Shown here: positions 34,690 to 48,914 of the stretch, piece by piece
How the letters are laid out: each line of letters opens with the position of its first letter
Numbering within the stretch: position 1 is the first letter of the stretch
Source: Squalus acanthias
Taxonomy: Eukaryota
Length of the DNA: 64,000 bases
Reading direction: 5' to 3'
Assembly (NCBI GenBank): GCA_030390025.1
Contig: CM059431.1
Location: 152,026,001-152,090,000, forward strand
Notes under the pieces: model-generated
What the model was told of the DNA's origin: nothing
Database searches by the model: none
Seen by the model: only the letters and a program-made list of their open reading frames with translations
Program-made: the position numbers and the translations under genes

Positions 34690-37145
34690 CCTTGGCTGGA
34701 AAATTGAAGGTCAGGTCTCTCCAGGTCGAGATTCAAGGCTGCAATGAGCAGGGTGTGGCTGAGGAGCAAGATCGCTCCCCCCGCTTTAAGAACATGCCGG
34801 CGCCAGTGTGTCTGTGTTCCCTCGCTAACTGGCAGCTCCTGCGCTGCGCTCGCGCTCTCAGTTAGCACCTCACTCCTCGGCCTTTGCGCCTTAAGACAGG
34901 TATGCAGCGCCTGATTTAGCGCTCCTGTCACCTCCCGGGGCGTTAAAACTGAAGTTTCCAGTCAGTGGCGATAATTAGCGCCAGGCGCTAATTTTTGCGC
35001 CCGGCCGATAATTGCGCCACAAATGGGGCGATACTGAATTTTTCCCCCTTAGATTGTTATTCAGAATTCTTTCCAATAATTTACCCACCACCGAGGTTAG
35101 GCTGACTGGCCTGTAATTAGTTAGTCCATGCTTTTCTCCCTTATTAAACAAGGCTACCACATTAGCAGTCCTCCAGTCCTCCGGCACCAAACCTGAAGCC
35201 AGAGAGGATTAAAAAATGATGGTCAGGGTATCTGCTATTTCTTCTTTTGCTTCGCTTAACAGCCTGGGATACATTCATCTGTGACTGGGGATTTATCCAT
35301 TTTTAAAGCTACTAAACCATTAATACCTCCTCCCTCACTATGTTTATTTCATCTAATCTTTTACACTTCTCCCCCATTATAGCAATGTCTGCTTCGCCTC
35401 TCTCCTTTGTGAAAACAGACGCAAAGTAATAATTCAGAACCCTACCGACGTCGCCCGCCTCCACACACAGATTACCCTCATGATCTCTAATAGGCCCAAC
35501 CCTTTCTTTAGTTATCCTCTTACTCTTAATATATTGATACAACATCTTTGGGTTTTCCTTGATTTTACTTGCCTAGAATTTTTCATGCTCTCACTTTGCT
35601 TTCCTAATATCCTTTTTAATTGCACCCCTGCACTTTCTGTACTCCTCTAAAAATTATGGCGTATCTAGCCCTCGGTATGTTTCATACGCCTCCGTTATTT
35701 TCTTTATCCTACCCTGTATGACTCTAGACATCCAGGGGGCTCTAGATTTGTTAGTCCCACCTTTTATCTTTAAGGGCACATATTTGGTCTGAACCCTCCG
35801 GATTTCCTCCATGAATGCTTCCCAGTGATCTGACACTGATTTACCTTCAAGTAGCAGTTTCCAGTCGACAATGGCTAAATCCCCTCTGAGCTTTGCAAAA
35901 TTTGCTTTTCTCCAATCTAGAATTTTTATTCCTAGTCCATCCTTGTTCTTTTCCATAACTACCTTAAATCTAACAGAATTATAGTCACTAGCACCAAAAT
36001 GCTCCCCCACTGATACGTCTTCTATTTATCCAGCTTCATTCCCTAAAACTAAGTCCAGAACCGCCCCCTCCCTTGTTGGGCTTGCTACAAACTGTCTAAA
36101 ATGATCTCCTGGTTGTATTTTAGGAATTCTGCACCCTCTATACCCTTCACACCAATTTTATCCTGTTTAATATTGGGGTAGTTCAAATCCCCTACTATTA
36201 CAGCTCTATAGTTACAAGCCCATCTCAGAAATTGGTCCACATATTTTTTCTTCTATCTCCCTCTCACTGTTTGGGGGTCTGTAATACACTCCCAGCAGTG
36301 TGATCGCCCATTTTTTGTTTTTCAATTCAACCCATATGGCCTCCTTTTGATGATCCCTCCAACATATCAGCCCTCCTCACAGCTGTAATAGATTCTTTAA
36401 TCAATACCTCGAACACCCCCCTCCATTTTTAGCTCACTCTCTATCCCATCTGATAATCCTGTAACCAGGAATGTTGAGCAGCCATACTTGCCCTCTTTTA
36501 GCCACGTCTCTGTAATAGCTATCATATCTTAGTCACAATTATCAACCTGTGCCCTCAGCTCATCTGCCTTTTTCGCTATACTCCTTGCATTGAAGTATAT
36601 ACCATTTAGTACAGGTAAACCTCGTTGTTGACTACTATCTAGCATTTGATTCCTCTGTCCATCCAATTTACTTTCTACGTTTTTGTTTTCCAATTCCAGT
36701 TTTTCTTCCCTCCCTATTGACTCTAAACTTAGATTCCCATCCCCCTGCCAAGCTTGTTTAAGAACTCCTCAACAGCGCTAGCAAACCCTCCCGTGAGGAT
36801 ATTGTCCCCGTTCTCGTTGAGGTGCAACCCTTCTGGCTTGTAGAGGTCTCACCTCCCCCAGCAACTGTTCCAATTCCTCAGGAATCTAAAGCCCTCCCTC
36901 CTACATCATCTGTCCAGCCACTCATTCATCTGGGCTATCTTCCTATTTCTGTACTCACTAGCACGTGGCACTGGTATTAATCCGGAGATTACTAACTCTG
37001 AGCTCCTGCTTTTTAACCATCTCTTCCTAGCTCGCTAAATTCTGACTGCAGGATCTCATCCCTTTTCCTACCTTTGTCGTTGGTAGCGATATAGACCACG
37101 ACCTCTGGCTGTTCACCCTCCCCCCTCAGAATATCAAGTAGCCGT

Positions 37146-37680
37146 TGGCAGATGAAGGATAATGTAGGGAAATGTGATGTTATTTACTTTTGTCGGAAGA
37201 ATAGAAAAGCATAATTTTTTTAAATGGTGAGACTCTTTTAAATGTTTGTGTTCAGAGAGATTTGGGTGTTTTCATGCAAGAAACACAGAAAGCTAGCATG
37301 CAGCTACAGCAAGCAATAAGGAAGGCAAATGGCATGTTGGTCTTTATTGAAAGGGGTTTGAGTAAAGAGTAAGGATGTCTTGCTACAATTGTACAGGGAC
37401 TTGGTGAGACCACAGATGGAGTACTGTGCACAGTTTTGGTCTCCTAATCTAAGGAAGGATATACTTGCCTTTGAGGCAGTAAAACAAAATGTTCACTAGA
37501 TTGATTCCTGAGATGAGAGGGCTGTCCTATGATGAGAGATTCTATAGAATGTGTCTTTACTCGCTGGAATTTAGAAGAATGAGCGGTGATCTCATTGAAA
37601 CATACAAGATTGAGAAGGGGATTGACAGGGTAGATGCTGAGAGATTGTTTCCGCTGACTGGAGTGGCTGGAACTAGTGGT
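37146..37680 (+). mobile_element. CR1 RT 3' fragment (paralog of ~1300-1822)
   Basis: RLIPEMRGLSY, RRMSGDLIETYKI. Confidence 0.8.
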
Positions 37681-37685
37681 TGTAG

Positions 37686-37758
37686 TCCTGGATAGCACAG
37701 CCGGTAGAGCATTCGATATTTGATCTGAGGGTCCAGAGTTCAAGTCCCTGCTGGGGCG
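37686..37758 (+). pseudogene. tRNA-Lys(UUU) pseudogene (unit B)
   Basis: TCCTGGATAGCACAGCCGGTAGAGC...GAGGGTCCAGAGTTCAAGTCCCTG. Confidence 0.7.
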
Positions 37759-38153
37759 ATGTTTTAACAATGAATATAACACCTACGTTTACACTTAAAT
37801 GCAGTGACATCAGAAAATACCCCATCAAAAGAATTATGCGTTTACTTGCAACGGTTTAATATAGATTAACTAAATACTAGATTGTAATATATTTCAAAAT
37901 TCAGGTGTTGTGACAAATATGCAACACATATTAAGCAGTTTTATTGAGACAACAGGGAAGAGCATCTTGAAATGCTCGTGTTTCTTCTGGCTGCATGAAC
38001 ATAGAAATTGACCATCTCGAAACTGCAGCTCAATGTATTTAAAGCACAGCCAAGGTGACAAATCTTTCAAATACATTAATGAGATCAGCATGAACGGTTT
38101 GTGCTTCAGGGGTTGCCTGAAAGATGGAATTGAGAATTTTGATATAAAAGCAG

Positions 38154-38225
38154 CGTTCGTACAGGAACTTGAACCCTGAAACATCAGGTTAAAAGCCGAT
38201 GTTTCACCGACTAAGCTATCTGGGC
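38154..38225 (-). pseudogene. tRNA-Lys(UUU) pseudogene (unit B, minus strand)
   Basis: Reverse complement reads GCCCAGATAGCTTAGTCGGTG...CTTTTAA...GGTTCAAGTTCCTG. Confidence 0.7.
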
Positions 38226-38429
38226 TCGCGCCTTTTTCTTATATCACAGCGACTTCAATTGGTTTCACCTAACTTGGCAGAGAGATGGGCAACATCATGT
38301 AGGAGTCGAATAGAGAAGTAAGGTGCATAAAAGATTGAGTGTGTTGGAGAAGAAATTGTACGGGAGGCGGAAGTACGAACATATTAGATAGGAGCAGACT
38401 AAGCAATACTACAAAAAATTCAAAACTGA

Positions 38430-40290
38430 TTTTAGAATGCATGTACGTAAACGCAGAAGGTGTGATGAATAAGGTTGGTGAGCAATAAGCAGAATTAGTC
38501 GTGTGGCAACATGATGTTGTGGCAATAATGGAAACGTGGCTTAAAAACGGCGAGGACAGGACTCTTGACATTCAAGGGTACACGTTGTTCAGAAAAGACA
38601 GGGAAAGAAAAAATGGAGGTGGGGTGGCAGTGCTGGTTAAGGAAGACATTGTAGTGGTGGAAAAGGAGGATGTTCTTGAGGCGACAAGGACACAATCCAT
38701 TTTGTTAGAATTGAGGAGCAACAAGGGTATGATCACGCTATTGGGGGTATTCTACAGTCCTCCAAATAGTGAGAGGGAGGTGGAGGAGCAAATCTGCCCG
38801 TATTTCGCAGAGATATGCAAGAGCTATAGTGTGGTCATATTGGGCGACTTTACTTACCACATATCGATTGGGATGATGCTAGGGTAAAGGGAAATGTGGG
38901 GGAGGACTTTCTGAAATGTGTTCTGGAGATTTTCCTTGACCAGTATGTTTTTGGCTCAACTAGGGAGGAGGCATTGCTGGATCTGGTGCTGGGGAATGAG
39001 GTAGTCCAGGTAGACCAAGTGTCTGTGGGAGACCACTTGGGTCCGAGTGGTTATTATATCATAAGATTTCGATAAGCAATGGAATGGACGAAGGAACAAT
39101 CTAGAATGGAACTTCTAAACTGGATTAGGGCTAACTTCAATGAGATGCGAAAAGTTCTGACCAGGGTAAGACTGACAGGAAACACTTTAAGAGAACAAGG
39201 GGTTATCTTGAAGGAGGAGATGTTCCAAGTACAGGCTAGGTACATTCCAACAAGAGGGAAGGGTAATGGGAAGCAATGCAAGAGCTCCTTGAATGACGAG
39301 GGAGATAGAGAAGATGATAAATCAAAAAAAGAGGTTTTATGTTGCATGTCAGTTGAATACTTCAAGTAGGAACGAGACCAAATAAAATGAATTCAGAGGG
39401 GAAGCGAAGATGAAAGTCAGATCGTCACAGAGATAATATGAGAATAGAATAGCGGTTAACATAAAATGGAGCCCAAAAATCTTCTCCTGGCATGTAAAGC
39501 GTAAGTGGTAGGAAGAGGCGGGATAGGGCCTATTAGAGACAAAGGAGGTGATATATGCTTCGAGGCGCAGGACAAGGCTAGAATAGTCAGTGAGTACTTT
39601 GTATCGGTGTTTACTAATAGAGGTGATGTTGACACAATATCGGTAGAAGTGGTAAAGTTATAAGCAATGGAAGGGGTGCGAACTAATAGGCAGGATGTAC
39701 TAGAAAGGCTGGGTATATTTATAGTGGAAAAGTCACCTGGTCCAGATAGTTTGCATCCCAGGTTGCTAAGGGAATTGGGGGAGGAGATAGTGGAAGGTCT
39801 CGCCATAATTTTCCAGTCTTCCCTAGATTCGGAGGATGTGCCTGAGGATTGGTGAGTGGCAAATGTGACACCATTGTTCAAGAAAGGGTGTAAGGACAAT
39901 CCTAGTAACTACAGGCCGGTCAGTTTAACACCAGTGGTGGGAAAAGTTTTAGAAACAATAATCAAGGAAAAAATTAACAGGCACTTGATGAGGTTTAAGC
40001 AAATTAAGGAGAGCCAACATGGATTCATAAAATGCTGATCGTGTTTGACTAATCGAATTGAATTTTTAAATGAAGTAACAGAAAGCATTGATGATTGAAT
40101 GCAATGAATGTTGTCTACATAGATTTTCGGAAGGCGTTTGACAAAGTGCCAGAATGGTTCCGGGAATGGGGGATCTTATCTAGAAGGACAGGTTGTAGCA
40201 GGTAGATTTGTTTTCATTAGTGCAAAGGAGGTTGAGGGGTGATTTGATAGAGGTGGACGAGATTATGACGGGTTTGGATAGGCTAGAAAC
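38430..40290 (+). mobile_element. CR1 ORF2 fragment (paralog of 2590-4420)
   Basis: IMETWLK, GGGVAVLVK, KSPGPD, NYRPVSL. Confidence 0.85.
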
Positions 40291-40478
40291 GATTATGTTC
40301 ACCCGGGGAAAGCAGCAGACATCAAAGACACGGCACAAAATGGAAGAAATGTTTCCTGATACCTGATCATTTTCGCAACAATAATCTCGTTTTCGTCACA
40401 ACTGAAAGAAGGCCATTCTAAAACTGAACACGATCTGCAATTAAGCTCTAGTTAGTATAGGAAGCTCGGGTTTGATCT

Positions 40479-42719
40479 TCATATTTTGTTAACCAAGTTC
40501 CGAATCAATGTGCAGGGAGATTTCATTAATCTCACCAGCTCTTGCCTGCATCTGGTTTGCGTCGCTGCATAAATGCACGTGTTTGTACAGGAGCTCAAAT
40601 ACATGAGCATAAATCCGGTTGCAGAGGCGATATATGCAGGAGATGTATAATCGATTCGGTCATAAATGATCAGGGAGTCAATTAAATAACTAACGACAGC
40701 TGTCAGCCACAACACTATAAAACTGCCCGATACACTGAACAGTAATATGATAGATTTCCTCCGGCTCGCCATTTCTGGATCGCTCTGATTCTCACTGCTC
40801 TGACCCCGGAGTCTCCTGCGGGCTCTACTGGCCACTAAAATACGTCTGACTGTCAAACCATTAAACAGTAATATTAAAGCGAAAGGAAGCACTGCAGTTA
40901 TAACACTTTCTAACCAGACGAATGCTGTACCTGCAGGCGAGGTAAAAAAGCCTATTTTCAAGCGGCAACCCAAGTGAATATTGTTAATTATTCGAGCAGT
41001 TTCATATGCAAGCACATAGGGGATATTGTCTAAACAGAGCAGAATAGAGACTGTTGTTAAGGCGGCGGCCGCAGTTCTCACTGTGCAAAATTTCGTTTTG
41101 AACTTCTCACAACTTATGGCTACAAAGCGGTCAAATGTGAAGGTGACGGTAAACCACACGGACATATCGAGGGCAACAGAATTCAAGTATATAAGCAACC
41201 TACAGACGGCAGTGTAGCTGAATAATGATTGTGGAAAGTGATATGTAAAAATGCGATGCAGCAGCACATTGATGATCATGACCAGTAGATCTGCTGTTGC
41301 CATGGCCCCCATGTAGATCGAGATACCTTTGGAAAGACCGCATTTTCCTCCGGAGAGAATCACGATTGTCAGTAGGTTCGCTGTAAGAAAGAGGGACATG
41401 AGGTCAGTAACGGGCACACTCGGATACATTTCAAACCATATTGTGGGGTAATGTACAGATGAGTCCCTGTGCAGGCGGATTTTTAATTGTATCGGCGAGC
41501 GTTAAAAAGAAGCATTTTTTCAAAAAATCATTGAACTCTCAATAAAGAGGGATTGAAAATCTGCCTCCCTTCCCTGCAGACTTCAGCCAGACATCGCCAA
41601 ATATTAAGTATAATTTCACAACAATTACTGCAAAGATATGAATTCAAACGAAGCATTCAGTTGCGAGAACATCATTCAATTTAGTTCTAAACCCTGCGCT
41701 TTTTCTATGCACAATCGCACCGGGAGGGTGGGGGAGCTACTCGGTATCAGAGCAGGAGCTGGTGGAGACGCGAATTTTCTTTGCAGCCGAGAGGAGTGGA
41801 GCAGCTCCTGAGCGGTAATTATTGCTGAAAGGCAACACGTTGGCATAGTGGTTAGCACTGGTGCCTCACAGCGCCAGGGACCCGGGTTCGAATCTGACCT
41901 CGGGTGACTGTCTGTGTGGAGTTTGCACATTCTCCCCGTGTCTGCGTGGGTTTCCTCCGGGTGCTCCGGTTTCCTCCCACAGTCCAAAAATGTGCAGGTT
42001 AGGTTGATTTGGCGATGATAAAATTGAACCTTAGTGTTAGGGGGGGATTAAATATGTGGGGTTATGGGGATAGGATGGGATATGTTAGGGGGAATTAAAT
42101 ACGTGGGGTTACGGGGGTAGGGTGGGATATGTGTACTGTGGGGATTAAAGCAGGGACAGGGTACTGGATTTGGATGATCAGCCATGATCGTATTGAATGG
42201 TGGAGCAGGCTCGACGGGCCGAATGGCCTACTCCTGCTCCTAGATTCTATGTTTCTATGTTTCTAAAGTATCTTTCAAAGTCCCCTGTTGGGTGGAGGCG
42301 GCTGCAACCTGAACAATTATCAACGTAAAATAAACAGGTACAAGTGTACAACTAATGTGATTGCTATCCACAGGAAGCAACTCATCCTGTACTGATCTCT
42401 ATATTGTTGGAGGAACCGGGGATTGTCAGCTTCACCCTCCCTCAGTCCAGGGAGGAAAGGCTAGCGCCCGGCATCCACGATCTGCCGACCAGCCTTACCA
42501 GCCGCGTGAACTGGTTGGATTCCCATGAAATTCACCAACTTATCCCGATGGATAAGTGCATCTGCAATAAGGACATTCTGAGAATCATTACATAATCATT
42601 AACACTGAGATAGTCAACAGCCATTAAACAACAGGATTCACTGACTTACCAGGAATGCCAAAGGCTGCGAGAGCTGGGTAGAAAATGATGCTGACCATTT
42701 GAATTGTTGGCAGTAACAT
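40479..42719 (-). CDS. GPR139-like class A GPCR, copy 2; exons 42650-42719 and 40479-41380; intact, 323 aa
   Basis: Same phase-1 GT-AG intron in TM1 (GIP/A-NLL). Open frame to TGA. Motifs ATADLL, FDRFVAI, SCTNTCIY and a helix-8/C-tail. Confidence 0.9.
41832..42264 (+). mobile_element. V-SINE (HE1-like) in the intron of GPCR copy 2
   Basis: tRNA-like head (TAGTGGTTAGCAC...GGTTCGAATC), V-domain GGAGTTTGCACATTCTCCCCGTGTCTGCGTGGGTTTCCTCCGGGTGCTCCGG, CR1-like tail ending in TTCTATGT repeats, TSD AAAG. The site is empty at ~6045 in unit A. Confidence 0.9.
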
Positions 42720-45700
42720 TTTTTTAGAAGAATATGTGACTTATGTCCGGCTGTATGGTTAGCGTCAGAGTGTACTTGCGATCCAAAAACACTCTCCTTT
42801 AATAGAAAGCTCGGTGCCTCGGTGAGAATATTAGTCACACGACAATTGGACTTAGTTACAGTCACTTAACCAACAAGGCAAGATTTTCCGCTTCAGTGTG
42901 CCTGGGACACCAAAGGGACATTTTACAACTCAGTTCATGAAACTCCATCAATTCAAATGAATGAACGGGAACTCATATCCGATGGAATGTACTGTGCACA
43001 AGCACCGTGAACCCCACATGGAAATTCACACACGGGCACTGCGTTAGGTTACTTATGCCTCGTAATAATTCGTGAAATCTAAACTCATCTATTGGATAGT
43101 TAAATTTAGCTTTGCCACATGATGATAAATGGAGGTGACCCTACTCTAAACTTACTGTTGGTGACCCTACTCTAACATTAATGGTGATGACTATAAATTT
43201 ATCATTACTGGTGGTGAGCCTCCTCTAACATTGCTGGTGGTGAATCTAATCTACATTACTGGTGGTGATTCAACACTAACATTACTGATGATGACTCTAT
43301 TCTAACATTACAGTATATTCTACTCTAACATTACTGGTGGTGATTCTCATCTAACATTACTGGTGGTGATTCTACGCTAACATTACTGGTGGTGAAACTA
43401 CTTTAACATTAATGATGGTGATCATAATATAACATTACTGGTGGTGCGTCTACTCTTACATTACTGGTGAGGGCCCTACTTAACATCACTGCTCGTGACT
43501 CCACTCTAACATTACTGATGAGGACTCTATACAAGCATTGCCGGTGGGGACCCGACTCCAACACTAATGGTGATGACCCTACTCTAACTTTAATGGTGGA
43601 GCCCATATTCTAACATTACTGGTTGTGACACTGCTCTGATGATGAGTCTAGTGCAACTTAACTGTTGGAGACAATACGCTATCCTTAATGGCGATGACCC
43701 TACTCTAACATTACTGGTGGTGACCGTACTCTAACATTATTGTTGGTGTCCCTACTCTATCATTACTGATGATGACGCTACTCAAGCATTATTGGCGATG
43801 ACACTACTCTGACATTACTGGTGGCGACACTACTCTAAAAATACTGGTGGGTCTTCTACTCTAACATTAATGAACGTGACCCTACTCTAACTTTCCTAGT
43901 GGTGACTATACTCGAACGTTACTGGTGGTGAACCTACTTTAACAATTCTGGTGGTGATCATAATGTAACATTACTGGTGGTGACCCTACACTAGCTTTAT
44001 TGGTGGAGACCATCCTCTAACATTATTGGTTGTGACTCATCTCTACATTACTGGTGATGAGTCTTGTCTAACTTAACTGGTGGAGACAATACGCTAACCT
44101 TATTTCGAATGACCCTACTCTAAAACTACTGGTGGTGACCCTACATTAACATTACTGGTGGTAACGCTACGCTATCATTACTGGTGATGACCATATTTAA
44201 ACATTACTGGTGGCGCGTTTACTCTACCGCTACTGGTGGCGAGTCTACTTGAATATTAATAGTGGTGACTCTTCTCTAACTTTACTGGTGGTGACTCCAC
44301 TCTAACATTACTGGTATTGACAATACTCTAACATTACTGGTGGTGACTCTACTCTAACATTACTGGTGGTGAGTCTACTCTAACATTACTGGTGGTGAGT
44401 TTACTCTAACATTACTGGTATTGACACTACTCTAACATTACTGGTGGTGCCACTACTCTAACAATATTGGTGGTACTGCTACTTTAATATTACTGGAGTT
44501 GTCACTACTCAGACTTAACTAGTGGTGACTATACATGAACATTACTGGTGGTGAACCGACTTTAACAGTACTGGTGGTGATCATAATCTATCATTACTGG
44601 TGGTGCATCTACTTTAACATTACTGGTGAGTGCCCTACTTAACATCACTGCTGGTGACTCCACTCTAACATTAATGATGAGGATTCTATACTAGCATTAC
44701 CGGTGGTGACCCGACTCTAACATTACTGGTGATGACCCTACTCTAACTTAACTGGTGGAGACCATATTCTAAAATTACTGGTTGTGACACTGCTCTGATG
44801 ATGTGTCTGATCCAATTTAACAGGTGGAGACAATACGCTAACAAGACTGGCGATGACCCTACTCTAGCACTACTGATGGTGACCAACTTCAACATGATTG
44901 ATGGTGCTTCTTCTCTAAAATTACAACTGGTGACCCTACTCTAACATTACTGGTGGTGACCCTACTCTAACATTATTGGTGATGACACTAATCTGACATT
45001 ACTGGAGGTGACCCTACTCTAACTTTACTAGTGGTGATTATACTCGAACATTACTTGTGGTGAACCTACTTTAACAATACTGGTGGTGATCATAATCTAA
45101 CATTACTGGTGGTGACTCTACTCTAACATTACTGGTGTTGAATCTACACTTGCAATGCTGCTGGTGCTTCTACTCTAACATTACTGGTGAGGACTCTACT
45201 TAACATCACTGCTGGTGATTCCGCTCTAACATTACTGATGATGACTCAATAATAGCATTCCCGGTTGTGCCCCGACTCTAAAATTACTGGTCGTGACGCT
45301 GCTCTAACTTTAAAGGTGGAGACCATATTCTAACATTACTGGCTGTGACACTGCTCTGATGATGAGTGTAGTCCAACGTAACTGGTGGAGTCAATACGCT
45401 AACCTTACTGGCGATGACACTACTCTAGCCCTACTGGTGTTGACCCTACTTTAACATGACTGATCGTGCATCTACGCTAACATTACTAGTGGTGACCCTA
45501 CTCGAACAGTACTGCTGGTGACATTACTCCAACATTACTGGTGACGAGTCTACTCGAATATTACTGGTGGTGACTCTACTCTAATATTAATGGTGATGAG
45601 TCTACTCGAACATGACTGGTGGTGAATGTACTCTAATATTAATGGTGCTGACTCTACTCTAACATTACTGGTGGTGACACTAATCTAACATTGCTGGTGC

Positions 45701-45769
45701 TGACTCTACCCTAACATTACTGTGATGACTCTAATCTAACATTACTGGTGGAAGAATTTATGCTAACAT

Positions 45770-47552
45770 TTTTTTATATTCCTTCATGGGATATGGGCGT
45801 CACTGGTGAGGCCAGCATTTATTGCCCATCCCTATTTGGCGTTGAGAAGGTGTTGAACCGCTTTCTTCACACGCTGCAGTCCGTCTGTTGAAGGTACTCC
45901 CACAGTGCTCTTCGGGAGGAGGTTCAAGGATTTTGACCTAGCGATAATGAAGGAACGCCGATATATTCCCAAGTCAGAATGGTTTGTAACTTGGAGGGCC
46001 ACCTGGAGGTGATGGTGTTCCCGTGCACCTGCTGCTCTTGTCCTTCTAGGTGTTAGAGTTCTTGGGTTTTGGTTGTGCTGCCGAAGAAGCCTTGGCGAGT
46101 TGCTGCAGTGAATCATGCAGATGGTACACACTACAACCACGGTACTCCGGTTTTTGAGGGAATGAATTACGCTGTTGGATGGGGTGCCAATGAAGCGGAC
46201 TAGATTGACTTGGATGGTCTCGAGCTTCTTGAGTGTTATTGGAGCTGCACTCATCCGGGAAATTGGAGAGTATTCCATCACGCTCCTGACTTATGCCTTG
46301 TAGGTTTTGGAAATCCTTTGGGGAGTCGTGTGGTGATACTCTCGCCGTAGAGTACCCAGCCTCTGACATGCTCTGTTTGCTGGCAGTATTTATGTGGTTG
46401 GTCCAGTTAAGTTTCTGTTCATTGGTGACCCTCAGGATATTGATGGTGGGTAATTCGGCAATGGTAATGCCGTTGAACGCTATAGACCGGTTTTTAGATG
46501 CTCGCTTGTTGGAGATGGTCAGTGCCTGGCTCTTGTGTGGCGCGAATGTTACCTGTCACTTATCAGCCCAAGCCTGAATGCCATCCAGGTCTTGTAGCAT
46601 GCGGGCATGGACTGCTTCATTTTCTGAGGAGTTGCAAATGGCATTGAACGCTCTGCAGTCAGCAGAGAACATCCGCACTTCTGACCTTATGGTGGAGGGA
46701 AGGTCATTGATAAAGCATTTGAAGATGGTTGGGCCAAGACCCTTCCCTCAGTAACTGCTGCAGCGATGTCCTGGGGCTGTGGTGATTGACCCCCAACGAC
46801 CAAAACCATCTCGCTTTCTGCTAGGTATGACTCCAGCCACTGGAGAGTTTCCCCACCTCCCTATTCCCATTCCCTTCAGTTTTATTAGGTCTCCTTGATG
46901 CCACACTTGATCAAATGCTGCCTTGATGTCAAGGCCAGTCACTCTCACATCACCTCTGGAATTCAGCTTCTTTTGTCCATGTTTGGACCAAGACTTTAAT
47001 TATCTAGAATCGAGTAGTCCTTGCGGAACCCAAACTGAGAATCAGTGAGCAGGTTATTGGCGAGTAAGTGCGGCTTGATAGCACTTTCGATGACAAATTC
47101 TATCACTTTGCTGATGATTGAGAGTTTATTGATGAGGCGGTAATTGGCTGGATTGGCTTTGTTCTGCTTTCTGTGGACAGGGCATACCTGGGCAGTTGTC
47201 CACATTGTAGGATAGACGCCAGTGTTGAAGCTGTACTGCAGCAGCTTGGCTAGAGGAGCGGCTAGTTTTGGAGCACAAGTCTTCAGCACGACAGCCGAGA
47301 TGTTGTCGGGGCCCAGATCCTTGGCTGTATCCAGTGCGCTCAGCCGTTTCTTGATTTCACTTGGAATGATTCGATTTGGCTGAAGACTGGGTTCTGTGAT
47401 GGTGGGGACCTCAGGAGGAGGCTGATATGCATCATCCACTCGGCACTTCTGGCTGAAGTTGGATGCACACGCTTCAGCTTTGTCTTTTGCACTCACGTGT
47501 TTGGCTCCACCAGCATTAAGGATGGGGACATTCATGGCGCCTCCTCCTCCCG
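45770..47552 (-). mobile_element. LINE insertion paralogous to 9096-10872
   Basis: Same junctions and RT peptides (ANYRLI, SQFGFR, DIKAAFD), so it predates the duplication. Confidence 0.85.
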
Positions 47553-48914
47553 TTACATTACTGGTGCTGACTCCACTCTAACATTACAGGTGGTGACCCT
47601 ACTCTAACATCACTGGTGATGACCCTACTATAACATGTCTGGTGGTGACCCTACTCTACCATTACACGTAGTGTTCTTCCTCTAATATTTTTTTTGGAGA
47701 TGATAATCTAACATTTATGGTGATGACTTTAGTCTAACATTACTGGTGATGATTCTGCTCTAACAATATTCGTGAAGACCCTACTCCATAATTTCCGGTT
47801 GTGACAATACTATTCCATTACCGGTGGTGATCATACACTAACATTACTGGTGGTGCTCATAGTCTATCATTACTGGAGGACGCCATAAACTAATATTACT
47901 GGTGGTGACGATTCTGTGACATTAATGGCGATGACTCCACCCTAACATTACTTATGGTGACACCAATCTAACATTTCTGGTGTTGACTCTATTCTAACAT
48001 TACTGATTATGACTTTACTCTAACATTACTTGTAGTGACCCAACTCTACCATTACTGGTGGTGATCATAATCTAACGTTACTGGAAGTGACTCTAATCTA
48101 ACATTACTGGTTGTGATCATACTCTAACATTACTGGCGGTGACACTTACCTAATATTACTGGGGGAGAACCTACTCTAACCTTACTGGTTGTGACTCTAC
48201 TCTAACATTACCGCTGGTGACACTATTCTAACATTACTGGTGGTGGCCCGAGTCTAATATTACTGATGATGTTACTACTCTAACATTTCTGATGCTGACA
48301 TTAATCTAACATTACAGGGGGTTATCGAACTCTAACATTACTGGTGGTGACTCTACGCTAACATTACTGTCGGTAACTCAACTCTAACATTATTGGTGAT
48401 GACACTACTCTAACATTACTGGTGGTGACCCTTCTGTAACATTACTGGTGGTGACCCTACTCTAATTTTACTGTTGGTGGCCCTACGCTAATATTACTGG
48501 CGGTGACCCGACTGTAACATTATTGGGATAACGCTTCTCGAACATTACTGATGAGGAGCCTCCACTAAGATTACTGGTGGTGACTGTATTCTATCATTAC
48601 TGCTGGTGATCCGTCTCTATCAATACTGATGTTGCTCATACGATTCCATTAATGGTGATGACTCTACTATAACATTTATGTTGAATACCCTGGTCCAACA
48701 TTACTTGTGGTGATACTACTCTAATGTTACTAGTGATGACCCTGCTCTAAAATTACAGGTGGTGACCCTACTTTATCAATACTGGTGGTGACCCTACACC
48801 AACTGTAGTGTTAGTGACCCAATTCTACCATTACTGCCGATGACACTACCCTAACTTTACTGATGGTGACTCCAATCTAACATTAATGTTGATGACCCTG
48901 CTCTAATATTACTG

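Larger units (their letters stand above)
30668..35048 (+). mobile_element. PIF/Harbinger DNA transposon, full-length copy 2
   Basis: 15-bp TIRs GGGCTAAAAATTCAG / CTGAATTTTTCCCCC; TSD TTA at 30665-30667 and 35049-35051. Confidence 0.95.
29336..37145 (-). mobile_element. Near-full-length degraded CR1 LINE with Harbinger-2 nested in its RT region
   Basis: Tail at 29336; RT at 29727-30667 continues at 35049; EN and ORF1 extend to ~37145. Confidence 0.85.
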
